Positions 37,250-46,261 of a DNA stretch of 64,000 nucleotides are shown here, one piece after another (the first letter of the stretch is position 1; each line of letters starts with the position of its first letter). The translations under genes and the position numbers were made by a program. Source of the DNA: Candidatus Omnitrophota bacterium (GTDB taxonomy: Bacteria > Omnitrophota > Gorgyraeia > Gygaellales > Profunditerraquicolaceae); contig DAONDX010000002.1 in the NCBI GenBank assembly GCA_035402765.1, forward strand, positions 1,173 through 65,172, in the 5' to 3' direction. A model generated the notes under the pieces. It was not told the DNA's origin and ran no database searches. It was given only the letters and a program-made list of their open reading frames with translations.

Positions 37250-37954
37250 TTAATAACCTTGAAAATTCTCCGTGATGATCATCTCGGGTGGAACGCTGAG
37301 CTCTTCGGCTAATAGCTTACGCATCGACTCCACCATTGGCGGAGGGCCACAAAGATAAAATTTCCTTTTTTCATAATCCGGGATTTCGCATTTAATCAAC
37401 CCGGCATTAATCCGGCCAACCGCGCACCTGAACCCGGGTTCGCTCTCGGTTAACACATGCGCTATCTTTAATCCGGGATAGCTTTTCATCATCGCATCGA
37501 AATCTTCCTTAAAAACTATGTCTTTTACCGAACGGTTGGCATAAATTAGGATTATATCACTGCCCAATTTTTTATCGACTGCGTATTTACAGATACTCCG
37601 GATCGGGGTGATACCGATACCGCCGGAGAGAAAAGCAATTTTAGGAAAAGATTCATCTAAAACAAACTTTCCAAATGGATACTGGATCAGGACCTCATCA
37701 TTGGTTCTTAAAGTATCCAGAGTTTTTGAAAAATCGCTTCCGGTTAATTTTTTAGTAAACTCCAAATAACCTTTTTCAGTCGGAGAGCTGGAAATAGAAA
37801 GATATCTTTTTAACGCAGGATTATCCTGAAGTTTGACCGATAGGAATTGTCCGGCTTGATAGTCCAAAACTCCAGGCGCCTCCAGGCGGAAACTTTTTAC
37901 ATTGTAGTTGCGCTGGATGATTTCCTTGATTTTAACCTTAATCTCTATCGTCAT
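37250..37954 (-). CDS. FNR-like FAD/NAD(P)-binding oxidoreductase (PyrK-like electron-transfer subunit, no Fe-S domain)
   Basis: RxYS FAD motif (KRYLSISS); GGIGITP NAD motif. Confidence 0.6.
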   Translation of the reverse strand: MTIEIKVKIKEIIQRNYNVKSFRLEAPGVLDYQAGQFLSVKLQDNPALKRYLSISSSPTEKGYLEFTKKLTGSDFSKTLDTLRTNDEVLIQYPFGKFVLDESFPKIAFLSGGIGITPIRSICKYAVDKKLGSDIILIYANRSVKDIVFKEDFDAMMKSYPGLKIAHVLTESEPGFRCAVGRINAGLIKCEIPDYEKRKFYLCGPPPMVESMRKLLAEELSVPPEMIITENFQGY

Positions 37955-37956
37955 TA

Positions 37957-38514
37957 TTATTTACCGCAGGCACAGGCACCCCAAGGTTTTTTATTTTCCT
38001 GCGCCGCATTCAGAACCTGCTCCAAATTATCAAAAACTTCTTTAAAATCAACGGAATGAGTTACCTCGGTTGCCAGTTGGATATATCTGATCCGGTCATT
38101 CTGATCAATAATCAGACTGCCCCGGGCTAAAAGATTCAGATCTTTGATCAGGAAACCGTAATGCAAACCGAAGGAAGATAACCGGTAGTCTGAAAGCACT
38201 ACCTCATTTTTTATTTCGTTAACCGAACAAAACCGGGCTTGGGCAAAAGGCAGGTCTTTACTGATCCCGATAATGACCACCTCCGGGCTAAGCCCGGCGG
38301 CCCGGTGATTAAATTCTTTAACCTGCAAATCACAAACCGGAGTATCTAACGAAGGGAAAAAATTAATCACTTTGATTTTACCGCTGAAATCCGATAACTT
38401 TACAATTTTTAAATCTTGGGTAACCAGTTTAAAATCAGGCGCCCGGCGGCCAACCTTAGCTGGCTTACCGGTTAAAGACAAAGGCGCTCCCTTAAAAGTA
38501 ACCATTCTGGCCAT
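37957..38514 (-). CDS. tpx: Thiol peroxidase
   Basis: PSLDTPVCDLQ peroxidatic Cys motif. Confidence 0.8.
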   Translation of the reverse strand: MARMVTFKGAPLSLTGKPAKVGRRAPDFKLVTQDLKIVKLSDFSGKIKVINFFPSLDTPVCDLQVKEFNHRAAGLSPEVVIIGISKDLPFAQARFCSVNEIKNEVVLSDYRLSSFGLHYGFLIKDLNLLARGSLIIDQNDRIRYIQLATEVTHSVDFKEVFDNLEQVLNAAQENKKPWGACACGK

Positions 38515-38526
38515 AATTTTACCTCC

Positions 38527-38688
38527 TTAGGCTACTTTCTCGAACTGATCTTTAGGCACTCCGCATTCAGGACAAACCCAGGTATCAGGCAGATCCGCAA
38601 AGCTGGTCCCGGGAGCAATCCCGTTATCCGGATCGCCGGCTTTAGGGTCATAAATATATCCGCAAACTAAACATCTATATTTTTCCAT
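38527..38688 (-). CDS. rd: Rubredoxin (53 aa); absent from the ORF track because it is below the 60-aa cutoff
   Basis: Minus-strand translation [53 protein letters not shown]. Two CxxCG motifs and conserved aromatic residues. Confidence 0.85.
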   Translation of the reverse strand: MEKYRCLVCGYIYDPKAGDPDNGIAPGTSFADLPDTWVCPECGVPKDQFEKVA

Positions 38689-38727
38689 TTCTTATCCCTT
38701 CCTGCCCGCTGGGCATACTTACATAAC

Positions 38728-39129
38728 TTATTTCCCTTTATAAACAACCCCTTTATTACTGCCCTGACATTTAGAACAGCTGGAACAACCCGCTGGTTTT
38801 TGGTTTCTATCCGGCGAAGTTCTTTCGGGAACTGCCATACTAGACGGATTAGAAATTGGCATCATTTGCGACATGCGGTCCATTGGCATCCTATTTTGCG
38901 TCATATTGTGCATCATATATTTAGCTGAATCATCCTGGGATGCTTTGTAAACGGCACCTGAAAAAACCACTATCGTTGCCAGCCAAAGAAGGCTGGTTAC
39001 CACACAGCCAAAAATCCTCAGCCCCTTTTCTTCGATCTTACGCAAAGCAAAAAGTACAAAAAAACTAGCGGTCAATAAAACGGAAATCGGTACAATCGCC
39101 ATTAAATGCGAAAATCTTGACATACACAT
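38728..39129 (-). CDS. Small membrane protein with a Met-rich stretch and a C-terminal Cys cluster; putative metal (Cu?) binding
   Basis: Two TM helices, then MMHNMTQNRMPMDRMSQMMP, then CSSCSKCQG. Confidence 0.4.
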   Translation of the reverse strand: MCMSRFSHLMAIVPISVLLTASFFVLFALRKIEEKGLRIFGCVVTSLLWLATIVVFSGAVYKASQDDSAKYMMHNMTQNRMPMDRMSQMMPISNPSSMAVPERTSPDRNQKPAGCSSCSKCQGSNKGVVYKGK

Positions 39130-39169
39130 AGCACCCTCCTTTAATTAACTGCGCTCACTATTTTTCTAA

Positions 39170-39565
39170 TCATTCAACTTTGATTTCTTTTTCGCTTCTC
39201 CAAAGACCGTGAATATTGCAATACGCTACCGCCATGATTAGGCCGCTTTTTTCGGTCTTAAAAACTGCCGACACCTTAGGTTCAGTAAAAATCGTGCTGG
39301 TATTTGGCCCCTGTACAGACTCTCCATGCGTGTTAAATTCAAAACATGCCAGCTGACAAGGAAACTTTTCACCGGCGGCCAGGAAATACACTTCGATAAA
39401 CTTGATATGGTGCTCAGTAGTATTAGGATGCGCAATCTGCTTGCCTACGCTAACCTCAATTTCAAGAAACTGACCCTTGCTGATCTTATCCGGCCCCTCG
39501 ATAACCGGCACGTGTTTTTCCGTTTTCCAATCTGCGCTCTGCATCAAATCTCTTAAATCTGCCAT
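39170..39565 (-). CDS. sor: Superoxide reductase (neelaredoxin-type, 1Fe-SOR)
   Basis: KHVPVI, HPNTTEHHI and CNIHGLW ligands of SOR centre II. Confidence 0.8.
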   Translation of the reverse strand: MADLRDLMQSADWKTEKHVPVIEGPDKISKGQFLEIEVSVGKQIAHPNTTEHHIKFIEVYFLAAGEKFPCQLACFEFNTHGESVQGPNTSTIFTEPKVSAVFKTEKSGLIMAVAYCNIHGLWRSEKEIKVE

Positions 39566-39577
39566 AATTCCTCCCCC

Positions 39578-40867
39578 TTATCTTTTTAATATTTTCTTTA
39601 AATCATCATCCGGCGTGCTGATCAACTGCAGATTAAATTTTTCCTGCAGGAGGCTAAATACGTTTTTGCTGATAAAAGCCGGTGGCGTCGGGCCGATGTA
39701 AATTCCTTTGACATCAAGATACAACAAAGACAGCAAAATGGCAACTGCTTTTTGCTCAAACCAGGAGAGTACTAAAGTCAGCGGTAAATCATTAATTCCG
39801 CAGCCGAAGGCTTTGGCTAAAGCCACTGCTATCTGCACCGCAGAATAAGCATTATTACATTGCCCCAGGTCAATTAATCTGGGAATTCCCTGGATATCGC
39901 CGAAATCCAGCTTATTGAAACGGTATTTTCCGCAAGCTAAAGTCAGAATAACACAATCCGAAGGCACTTTTTCGGCAAATTCCGTATAATAATTACGGCC
40001 GGCCTTGGCGCCATCACAGCCTCCGATCAAAAAGAAATGCTTGATCTTGCCGGATTTAACAGCGCTGACGATCTTGTCTGCTAACCCCAAAACCGCCGTA
40101 TGGTGAAACCCTGTCCAGATCTTTTGTCCGAAAGCTTCCGGTAAAGGCGGCAAGGCCTTAGCTTTTTCGATCAAAACCTTAAATTCACGGCTTTTTAGGT
40201 GTGTTGCTCCGGGAACTCCGGTAATCCCGATAGTAAAAAGCCTGTCCAGATAGGTAGCTTCCGGAGGAATTAATACACAGTTAGTCGTAGCCAGTAATGC
40301 GCCGCTAAAAACATTAAACTCCTTTTTCTGCTCCTGCCAGGCGCCTCCATAATTACCTACTAAATGCTTAAACTTCTTTAACTCCGGATAACCATGCGCC
40401 GGGAGCATCTCGCTGTGCGTATAGATGTTTACTCCCGTCCCTTCAGTCTGCTTGAGCAATTCATAAAGATCCAATAAATCATGACCGGTAATTAAAATCC
40501 CCGGTCCGGCTTTGGTGCCGGTTTCAACCTGTGTGGGTAGCGGGTTGCCGAATCTCTGCGTATGCGCTTTATCCAAAACCTCCATCATTCTATAATTCAT
40601 CGCTCCGCACTTTAGAACCAATTCTAAATATTGATTTAAATCAAAACTGACATTAGTGACGGTTTTAAAAAGCGCCTCGTGCATAAAAGCATCCACCAGC
40701 TCATCATGCGCGCCCAATTCCCGGGCGTGATAGGCATATGCGGCAATACCTTTTAAACCATATAAAAGCGTATCCTGCAGGCTCTGGATATCTTCATTTT
40801 TACCGCACACCCCGGATTTTGTGCAACCTGTGCCATTTACTGTTTGCTCGCATTGATAACAGAACAT
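39578..40867 (-). CDS. hcp: Hybrid-cluster protein (short class, 429 aa)
   Basis: N-terminal MFCYQCEQTVNGTGCTKSGVCGK cubane-cluster Cys motif. Confidence 0.8.
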   Translation of the reverse strand: MFCYQCEQTVNGTGCTKSGVCGKNEDIQSLQDTLLYGLKGIAAYAYHARELGAHDELVDAFMHEALFKTVTNVSFDLNQYLELVLKCGAMNYRMMEVLDKAHTQRFGNPLPTQVETGTKAGPGILITGHDLLDLYELLKQTEGTGVNIYTHSEMLPAHGYPELKKFKHLVGNYGGAWQEQKKEFNVFSGALLATTNCVLIPPEATYLDRLFTIGITGVPGATHLKSREFKVLIEKAKALPPLPEAFGQKIWTGFHHTAVLGLADKIVSAVKSGKIKHFFLIGGCDGAKAGRNYYTEFAEKVPSDCVILTLACGKYRFNKLDFGDIQGIPRLIDLGQCNNAYSAVQIAVALAKAFGCGINDLPLTLVLSWFEQKAVAILLSLLYLDVKGIYIGPTPPAFISKNVFSLLQEKFNLQLISTPDDDLKKILKR

Positions 40868-41100
40868 TACCGACCTCCTTTTAGCTGTTTATATTTTTCT
40901 TCTCCCAGGCATGCTCCAGCTGCCTTACACCAATCCAGACAAGAAGGCAGTTTACTCCTAGCTATTGAATGTTTACACCCCGGGCAGGTCACCTTAATCT
41001 CATCGGTAAAAATCTCAGCCAAAGATCCGCAATCGGGGCAAATAATATTTTCCGCCTTAACCTTACGGCTATCCTGACCGGGGCAGCGGTTAAACATCAA
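40867..41100 (-). CDS. Small zinc-ribbon protein (CxxC...CxxC) directly upstream of hcp
   Basis: CPDCGSLAEIFTDEIKVTCPGC. Confidence 0.35.
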   Translation of the reverse strand: MMFNRCPGQDSRKVKAENIICPDCGSLAEIFTDEIKVTCPGCKHSIARSKLPSCLDWCKAAGACLGEEKYKQLKGGR

Positions 41101-41139
41101 AATTATCCTTTCCCATGATCATTTTTGCCAAACATCAAT

Positions 41140-41538
41140 CTAGCCCCTGACTAAAGAGGCGATGTTAATCTTTCCCAACTGCGCCAGCGCATTATTTTCA
41201 ATAACCTGGATTTTCTTTCTTAAAACACACTTACCCCGGTTAGGACAAATATCTTTCTTTAAAAAACAGCCGTTCAATACTATTTTCCCCTGGAAGATAC
41301 GCATGATCTGAATAACAAAAATATTTTTGGCAAGAATCCTTAATTTAAACCCTCCGAACTGACCTTTATATGATTCCAGAATATTCTCCCTGCTTAAGCG
41401 TTGTAAAATTTTACGTAAAAAAGGCCGGGGAACACCCAAAACTTTGACTAGTTCAGTTACCGTTACAACTTTTTTTTGCTTGGCAATATAACAAATCGCC
41501 CGTAGGCCGTAATCCGTGTTGCGAGTAATAAGTTTCAT
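41140..41538 (-). CDS. Rrf2-family transcriptional regulator (IscR/NsrR-like), first gene of the hcp-sor-rd-tpx cluster
   Basis: N-terminal wHTH TDYGLRAICYIAK...VTVTELVKVLGVPRPFLRKILQRL. Confidence 0.8.
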   Translation of the reverse strand: MKLITRNTDYGLRAICYIAKQKKVVTVTELVKVLGVPRPFLRKILQRLSRENILESYKGQFGGFKLRILAKNIFVIQIMRIFQGKIVLNGCFLKKDICPNRGKCVLRKKIQVIENNALAQLGKINIASLVRG

Positions 41539-41689
41539 GATTGCATTCTCCTAAAGTATGAAGCCGTAAAAGTGGGCAGTTTAACGTCGTACCCGGGACA
41601 ACCTACCGCAGCCCTCTTTACAGTGGGCTACCGGCCGCAGCATATATCTAACACTGACTGACATATCGATCACCCCCTTAGTTAAACTA

Positions 41690-41717
41690 ATGATACCATA
41701 TTAGTATCTTTTGTCAA
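41690..41717 (-). promoter_or_regulatory. Candidate promoter TTGACA-16-TATCAT for the Rrf2 operon, overlapped by the palindrome GATACTAATATGGTATC (41692..41708, candidate operator). A ~150-nt GC-rich leader follows.
   Basis: Seen directly on the minus strand; the operator role is inferred. Confidence 0.35.
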
Positions 41718-41729
41718 GAAAAATTTTTA

Positions 41730-42767
41730 TTATTTAATAAATAAATTAAAAATATAACCCAATAATAAAACCTGCGGCACTGCCACCAGCGGCATCCAAA
41801 GGGCAACTTTCCGGCCGACATTGCTCCAGAGCAGGCCGATTTCCGTATAATCCGTAACTACCCCGGCCATTAAAAACACGAAGCTGTTGCCTAATGCGCC
41901 GGTCTGCCGGTAAATCTCAAAAGCCAGAGGGCTGGAGCCTTCGGAACAAACCTCAATAACCGTAGCCAACGCCAAAGTTACCATTAATCCCAATAAAGAC
42001 GGGCTCATAAATTTATGGAAGAAATGCACCGGGATAAATGCGCCGGCTAAACTAGCTAATAACATTCCTAAAAGTATCCACCAAAGCACCATCTCAGAGA
42101 GCATAATTAGACCATTCGTCACTCCCCGGGCATCCTGCTTTAATGATTGGAAGTTAAATTTATAATTTTTAACCCGCAGGGACAAATCATCTTTAATCGA
42201 ATACCCCAATGGAACACTAACGGTATTCTTGTTAGTCTCGATTAATCCCTTCTTTTCTAAAAACATGAAGATCAAACCGGTATTGATTGCAATAATGATC
42301 GCCGCCAGGATGATCAATACCCCTTTTAACCCAAAGAGGCTGATTAGCATTATGGTTACCGCTGTATTTGCCCAGGGGCTGGCCAGCAAAAAACTTACTA
42401 CCGCCGGGTTGCTTGCCCCCTTTTTATGCAGCTGGATAGATAAAGCCAAAATTCCATGGCTGCAGGCACTCATTAAAAATCCCAAAAATACCGCATTAAA
42501 AATAGTTAACGGAGATTTTTTGGATAAAACCTTCGAGATATACTCCCGGGGGACATAATAATCAATCACTCCCCCTAAAAATAAACCTAAAGCTACTGCC
42601 CACCAGATTGATTTAAGATATTGAAAGAAGATCCTACGGAAAGGCACCCAGAGCGGAAAAAGGTATGAGAATAACAGCAGGAGAAAAATAGCAACGGTAA
42701 CTAAGAATAGCCTATTCTTCAATAATCCTTTATTTTTATTTTGACAGCAAACCGGCGTTTCAGGCAA
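41730..42767 (-). CDS. Predicted permease (YraQ/ArsP-like, DUF318-type)
   Basis: 8-10 TM helices with internal repeat symmetry. Confidence 0.5.
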   Translation of the reverse strand: MPETPVCCQNKNKGLLKNRLFLVTVAIFLLLLFSYLFPLWVPFRRIFFQYLKSIWWAVALGLFLGGVIDYYVPREYISKVLSKKSPLTIFNAVFLGFLMSACSHGILALSIQLHKKGASNPAVVSFLLASPWANTAVTIMLISLFGLKGVLIILAAIIIAINTGLIFMFLEKKGLIETNKNTVSVPLGYSIKDDLSLRVKNYKFNFQSLKQDARGVTNGLIMLSEMVLWWILLGMLLASLAGAFIPVHFFHKFMSPSLLGLMVTLALATVIEVCSEGSSPLAFEIYRQTGALGNSFVFLMAGVVTDYTEIGLLWSNVGRKVALWMPLVAVPQVLLLGYIFNLFIK

Positions 42768-42824
42768 GTTTACCTCCGGATAAAGAAAGCAGTCAATTTT
42801 CCTAATAAGCTGACGCTTTTCTAC

Positions 42825-43208
42825 TTAACTTAAACTGACAAAAACTATCCCCGCCACAATTAGCCCCGTACCCCACCAGCGGTTGGACCCCATCTTTTCT
42901 TTTAGCACAAATCTGGAGGCCAAAGCAATAAAAATATAATGCATACTATCGGCGGAAAAAGCGAAATTAAGGTCCACTTTAGAAAGGACGACCAGCCAAA
43001 TACATAAGGAGACCAAACTAAAAACCAGCCCCAGCCAAAGCCGGGGTTTGGCAATTAATTTAATCATAAATTTAAATATTTTTTTAAAGTTAAGCTTAGG
43101 AGTAAATTCTAATGCATCAATGGTAGATTTTAAGAATAACTGGCTTATCGTGTCGCACAAACTGGTTAAAGCGATCAGAAAAAGAACCAGCAGCAAAGCT
43201 TCTTTCAT
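42825..43208 (-). CDS. EamA/SMR-like 4-TM small membrane protein (half-transporter), paired with 43205..43621
   Basis: ~127 aa, 4 TM; 4-nt overlap with the upstream partner, as in ArnE/ArnF-type pairs. Confidence 0.5.
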   Translation of the reverse strand: MKEALLLVLFLIALTSLCDTISQLFLKSTIDALEFTPKLNFKKIFKFMIKLIAKPRLWLGLVFSLVSLCIWLVVLSKVDLNFAFSADSMHYIFIALASRFVLKEKMGSNRWWGTGLIVAGIVFVSLS

Positions 43209-43621
43209 TTGATCTGCCCTGCCTTTTCTTTACTGCTTAAAGAAACCAGGATTACTCCCACCAGGACAAAAAATACTCCCAGCCCCCGCAAAGCGCTGAT
43301 CCGTTCATGTAAAAAAACTACCGAAACAACCGGAACCAAAATATAGCTGAAGCTGGCGATCGGCACTGCGACGCTTAAATCTATCTTGGAAAGCACCAGC
43401 GACCAAAGAACAAATACGGTAACTACCATTAATAACCCGGCCCATAAAAACGGCGAGAGAAAAACTGCCTTCAGCAAAACTGCGGCGCTGGCCAAATCCG
43501 TAACTTGCCCGCAGCTTGCCTGTAAGGTGCTTTTTTTGAAGAAAAAGTGCACTGCCGTCTCAAATATATCACTGGCAATCAGTAAAAGCAATATTTTAAA
43601 AGTAACTTTTTTCTTAAACAT
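43205..43621 (-). CDS. EamA/SMR-like 4-TM small membrane protein (partner)
   Basis: ~138 aa, 4 TM. Confidence 0.5.
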   Translation of the reverse strand: MFKKKVTFKILLLLIASDIFETAVHFFFKKSTLQASCGQVTDLASAAVLLKAVFLSPFLWAGLLMVVTVFVLWSLVLSKIDLSVAVPIASFSYILVPVVSVVFLHERISALRGLGVFFVLVGVILVSLSSKEKAGQIK

Positions 43622-43900
43622 TCAGTTTGACTTCCGGGGCTAAAGAGAGTTCACTTGAATTTTTGCTTATTTTAGCATAAAATAATCTTATCAATAATAT
43701 ATTCTGCCAATAACCTTCTGGCGACCGTGTTAGTTTATTTTAACACAGAAATAGAATTTAACTTCAATACTTTTCCGGGCAATTCTTCCAACCGCAAGTT
43801 GGCCGATCAGCAGCAGAAGTTTGATTTAGAATTATTTAAATCCTGCCCCAGAAAAAATCAGAAAATATTATTAAACAGTAAAGCAACCTAAAAAATATTT

Positions 43901-44764
43901 ATGATAATTTTTTCCACCAAAGAAGACAAACGTTTAATTACAGAAATACCCGATACCAGCTCTTTTTTACCGGGTGATAGAAATCTTTGCCTGCTTATTC
44001 ACGGATTGACCGGTACCGCTAAAGAGATGGGTTCTATTGCCCAGAGTTTAAACAAAAGGGGATTTTCAGTAGCCTGTCCATTAATGGCTAATCATGATAA
44101 ATCTATTTCCTGCCTTAAACGAACAACCTGGGAAGAGCTTTATGACTCGGTACGCTGTGAATTTACCAAATACGCTAAAGATTATGAAAATATCTTTGTG
44201 GCGGGCTTATCTTTCGGCGCTCTCATCGCCATATTACTGGCGCACGAATTCCCCAAACAAATAAAAGCCTTGAATTGCTTTTCCCCCACCCTCTTCTTTG
44301 ACGGCTGGGCTAACCCGAAGCTGAGATTCCTTCTGCCCCTGGTTTATAAAACCCCCCTGCAGTATTATTTTTATCTTAAAGAAGGCTACCCTTACGGAAT
44401 TAAAAACCAGAGGTTGCGCTCCAGGATCGAAAGTTTCTATACAAAATCCGATTTATTTGATTACGGCAAAGTACATCTCTACGGTTATCCGGTTATCCCG
44501 GTATCCAGCATGCATCAAAATCATTTATTAGCAAAACAGGTAATCAAGATACTGCCTCAGGTCACCACCCCGATCCAGCTGCTTGCGGCTAAGGATGATG
44601 ATGTTACCAGCCCCCGGAACTCTAATTACATCTATAAACATATCGGCTCAAAAGATAAAAAAGTTTTATTTTTTGAAAACTCCTACCACATTATCATCGC
44701 GGATCAGGAAAGAGATCTGGTCGCATCCAAAACGGTAGCTTTTTTTGAGAAATACAAAGTTTAA
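43901..44764 (+). CDS. Alpha/beta-hydrolase (esterase/lipase-like)
   Basis: HGLTG oxyanion region; GLSFGA (GxSxG) nucleophile elbow. Confidence 0.65.
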   Translation: MIIFSTKEDKRLITEIPDTSSFLPGDRNLCLLIHGLTGTAKEMGSIAQSLNKRGFSVACPLMANHDKSISCLKRTTWEELYDSVRCEFTKYAKDYENIFVAGLSFGALIAILLAHEFPKQIKALNCFSPTLFFDGWANPKLRFLLPLVYKTPLQYYFYLKEGYPYGIKNQRLRSRIESFYTKSDLFDYGKVHLYGYPVIPVSSMHQNHLLAKQVIKILPQVTTPIQLLAAKDDDVTSPRNSNYIYKHIGSKDKKVLFFENSYHIIIADQERDLVASKTVAFFEKYKV

Positions 44765-44786
44765 CTAAGCCTTCGGCATAAAAAAA

Positions 44787-44832
44787 CCCTATTTTCAGAC
44801 AGACACCTGTCTAAATAATAGGGCTTTTTATT
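44787..44832. terminator. Bidirectional intrinsic terminator between convergent genes (CCCTATT...AATAGGG with inner AGACAG/CTGTCT; A-run 5', T-run 3')
   Basis: Seen directly. Confidence 0.7.
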
Positions 44833-44845
44833 ATATTCAGAAATT

Positions 44846-46261
44846 TCAGGACTTCTTGAGCGCTCGATTTAACGCTTCTTCAAAAAGCGCCACGCCTAAA
44901 TCAATTTCTTCCTCCGTGATATAAAATGAAGGAGCGATCGTAAAAACGTTTTTATAATAGCCTCCGATATCCAGGATCAATCCCCGCTTTTTACCGGCAA
45001 CATTTAAAGATCCGCTTAATCCTAAATTAGCAATCTTATCCGTAAGCTCTTTATTCGGAGTATAACCGTCTTTCTCGCACATCTCTATTCGCAAAGCCAA
45101 ACCCAAACCGTCGACATCTCCGATCTGCGGATATTTCTTTTGCAGTTTTTTAAGCTGAGCGATAAAATACTGCCCTTTTTTAGGGATGGAAGTTGAGAAA
45201 TCCGATTCTTCAATTAACTTCATCACCTCCAGCCCTGCGGCGGTACCCAACGGATTACTGGAGAAAGTAGCATGGGTGGAACCCGGAGGAAAAACATCCG
45301 GTGAGATCAATTTCTCTTTAGCCCAAACTCCGCTGATCGGATTTAAGCCGTTAGTTAAGGCCTTACCGAAAACCAGAATATCCGGAGTAATATTAAAATG
45401 CTCGATCGCCCAAAATTTGCCTGTACGGAAGAACCCCATTTGGATCTCATCATCAATAAACAGGATCCCGTAACGGTCCAGGATATCTTTCAATTTGGAA
45501 TAATATTCCTGGGGCGGAACGATATAGCCGCCGGTACCTTGAATTGCCTCGGCGTAAAAAGCTGCGAATTCACATTTGTTATTCTTTTTATTAACTACTG
45601 AATAATATTCCGTTTCAAAAAGCCGCTCAAATTGTTTCAAACAATACAAATCACAAAAATCTCTTTTTTTATCATACGGGCATCTAAAACAATACGGATA
45701 GGGGACAAACATCGCCCGGTCCCCGAAATGGCCGAAACGTTCCCGGTACCTGAAACTTGAAGTGATCGCCGAGGCCCCTAATGTCCTGCCGTGATATCCC
45801 CCCATAAAAGCAAAAACCAGGCTCCGGCCGGAAAAATTACGCACTAATTTCAGCGAATCCTCCAAAGCGCTTGAGCCGCCTACGTTAAAATGAATCCGCC
45901 CCTTTTCTTCAAAAGTACGCTCATTTTTCTGGGCTAATTTAGCCGCCAGCAGGATTTTCTCTTCATGCAGATATTGACAGGCCAATTGCGGCAGGACATC
46001 GATCTGATTTTTTAGAGCAGTGTTCAGGCGCAGATTCCGGTAACCGAAATTAACTGCCGAATACCACATTTGTAAATCCAGGTACTCGGTACCCTGACGG
46101 TCATAAAGATAGCTGCCTTCGGCGCTCTTAAATACATTCAATTTCTCGGCATAATGCACCGTATCTCCCCAGGAGCAATATTTTGCCTCTAAATTCAACA
46201 GCTCATCAAGGGTGGAACTTTTTTTGTTTTTAGGTTGCTTGATCAATTGTTTTGGGCTCAC
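44846..46261 (-). CDS. Class-III PLP-dependent aminotransferase
   Basis: FIDDEIQMGFFRTGKFWA with the PLP-Lys region. Confidence 0.75.
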   Translation of the reverse strand: MSPKQLIKQPKNKKSSTLDELLNLEAKYCSWGDTVHYAEKLNVFKSAEGSYLYDRQGTEYLDLQMWYSAVNFGYRNLRLNTALKNQIDVLPQLACQYLHEEKILLAAKLAQKNERTFEEKGRIHFNVGGSSALEDSLKLVRNFSGRSLVFAFMGGYHGRTLGASAITSSFRYRERFGHFGDRAMFVPYPYCFRCPYDKKRDFCDLYCLKQFERLFETEYYSVVNKKNNKCEFAAFYAEAIQGTGGYIVPPQEYYSKLKDILDRYGILFIDDEIQMGFFRTGKFWAIEHFNITPDILVFGKALTNGLNPISGVWAKEKLISPDVFPPGSTHATFSSNPLGTAAGLEVMKLIEESDFSTSIPKKGQYFIAQLKKLQKKYPQIGDVDGLGLALRIEMCEKDGYTPNKELTDKIANLGLSGSLNVAGKKRGLILDIGGYYKNVFTIAPSFYITEEEIDLGVALFEEALNRALKKS

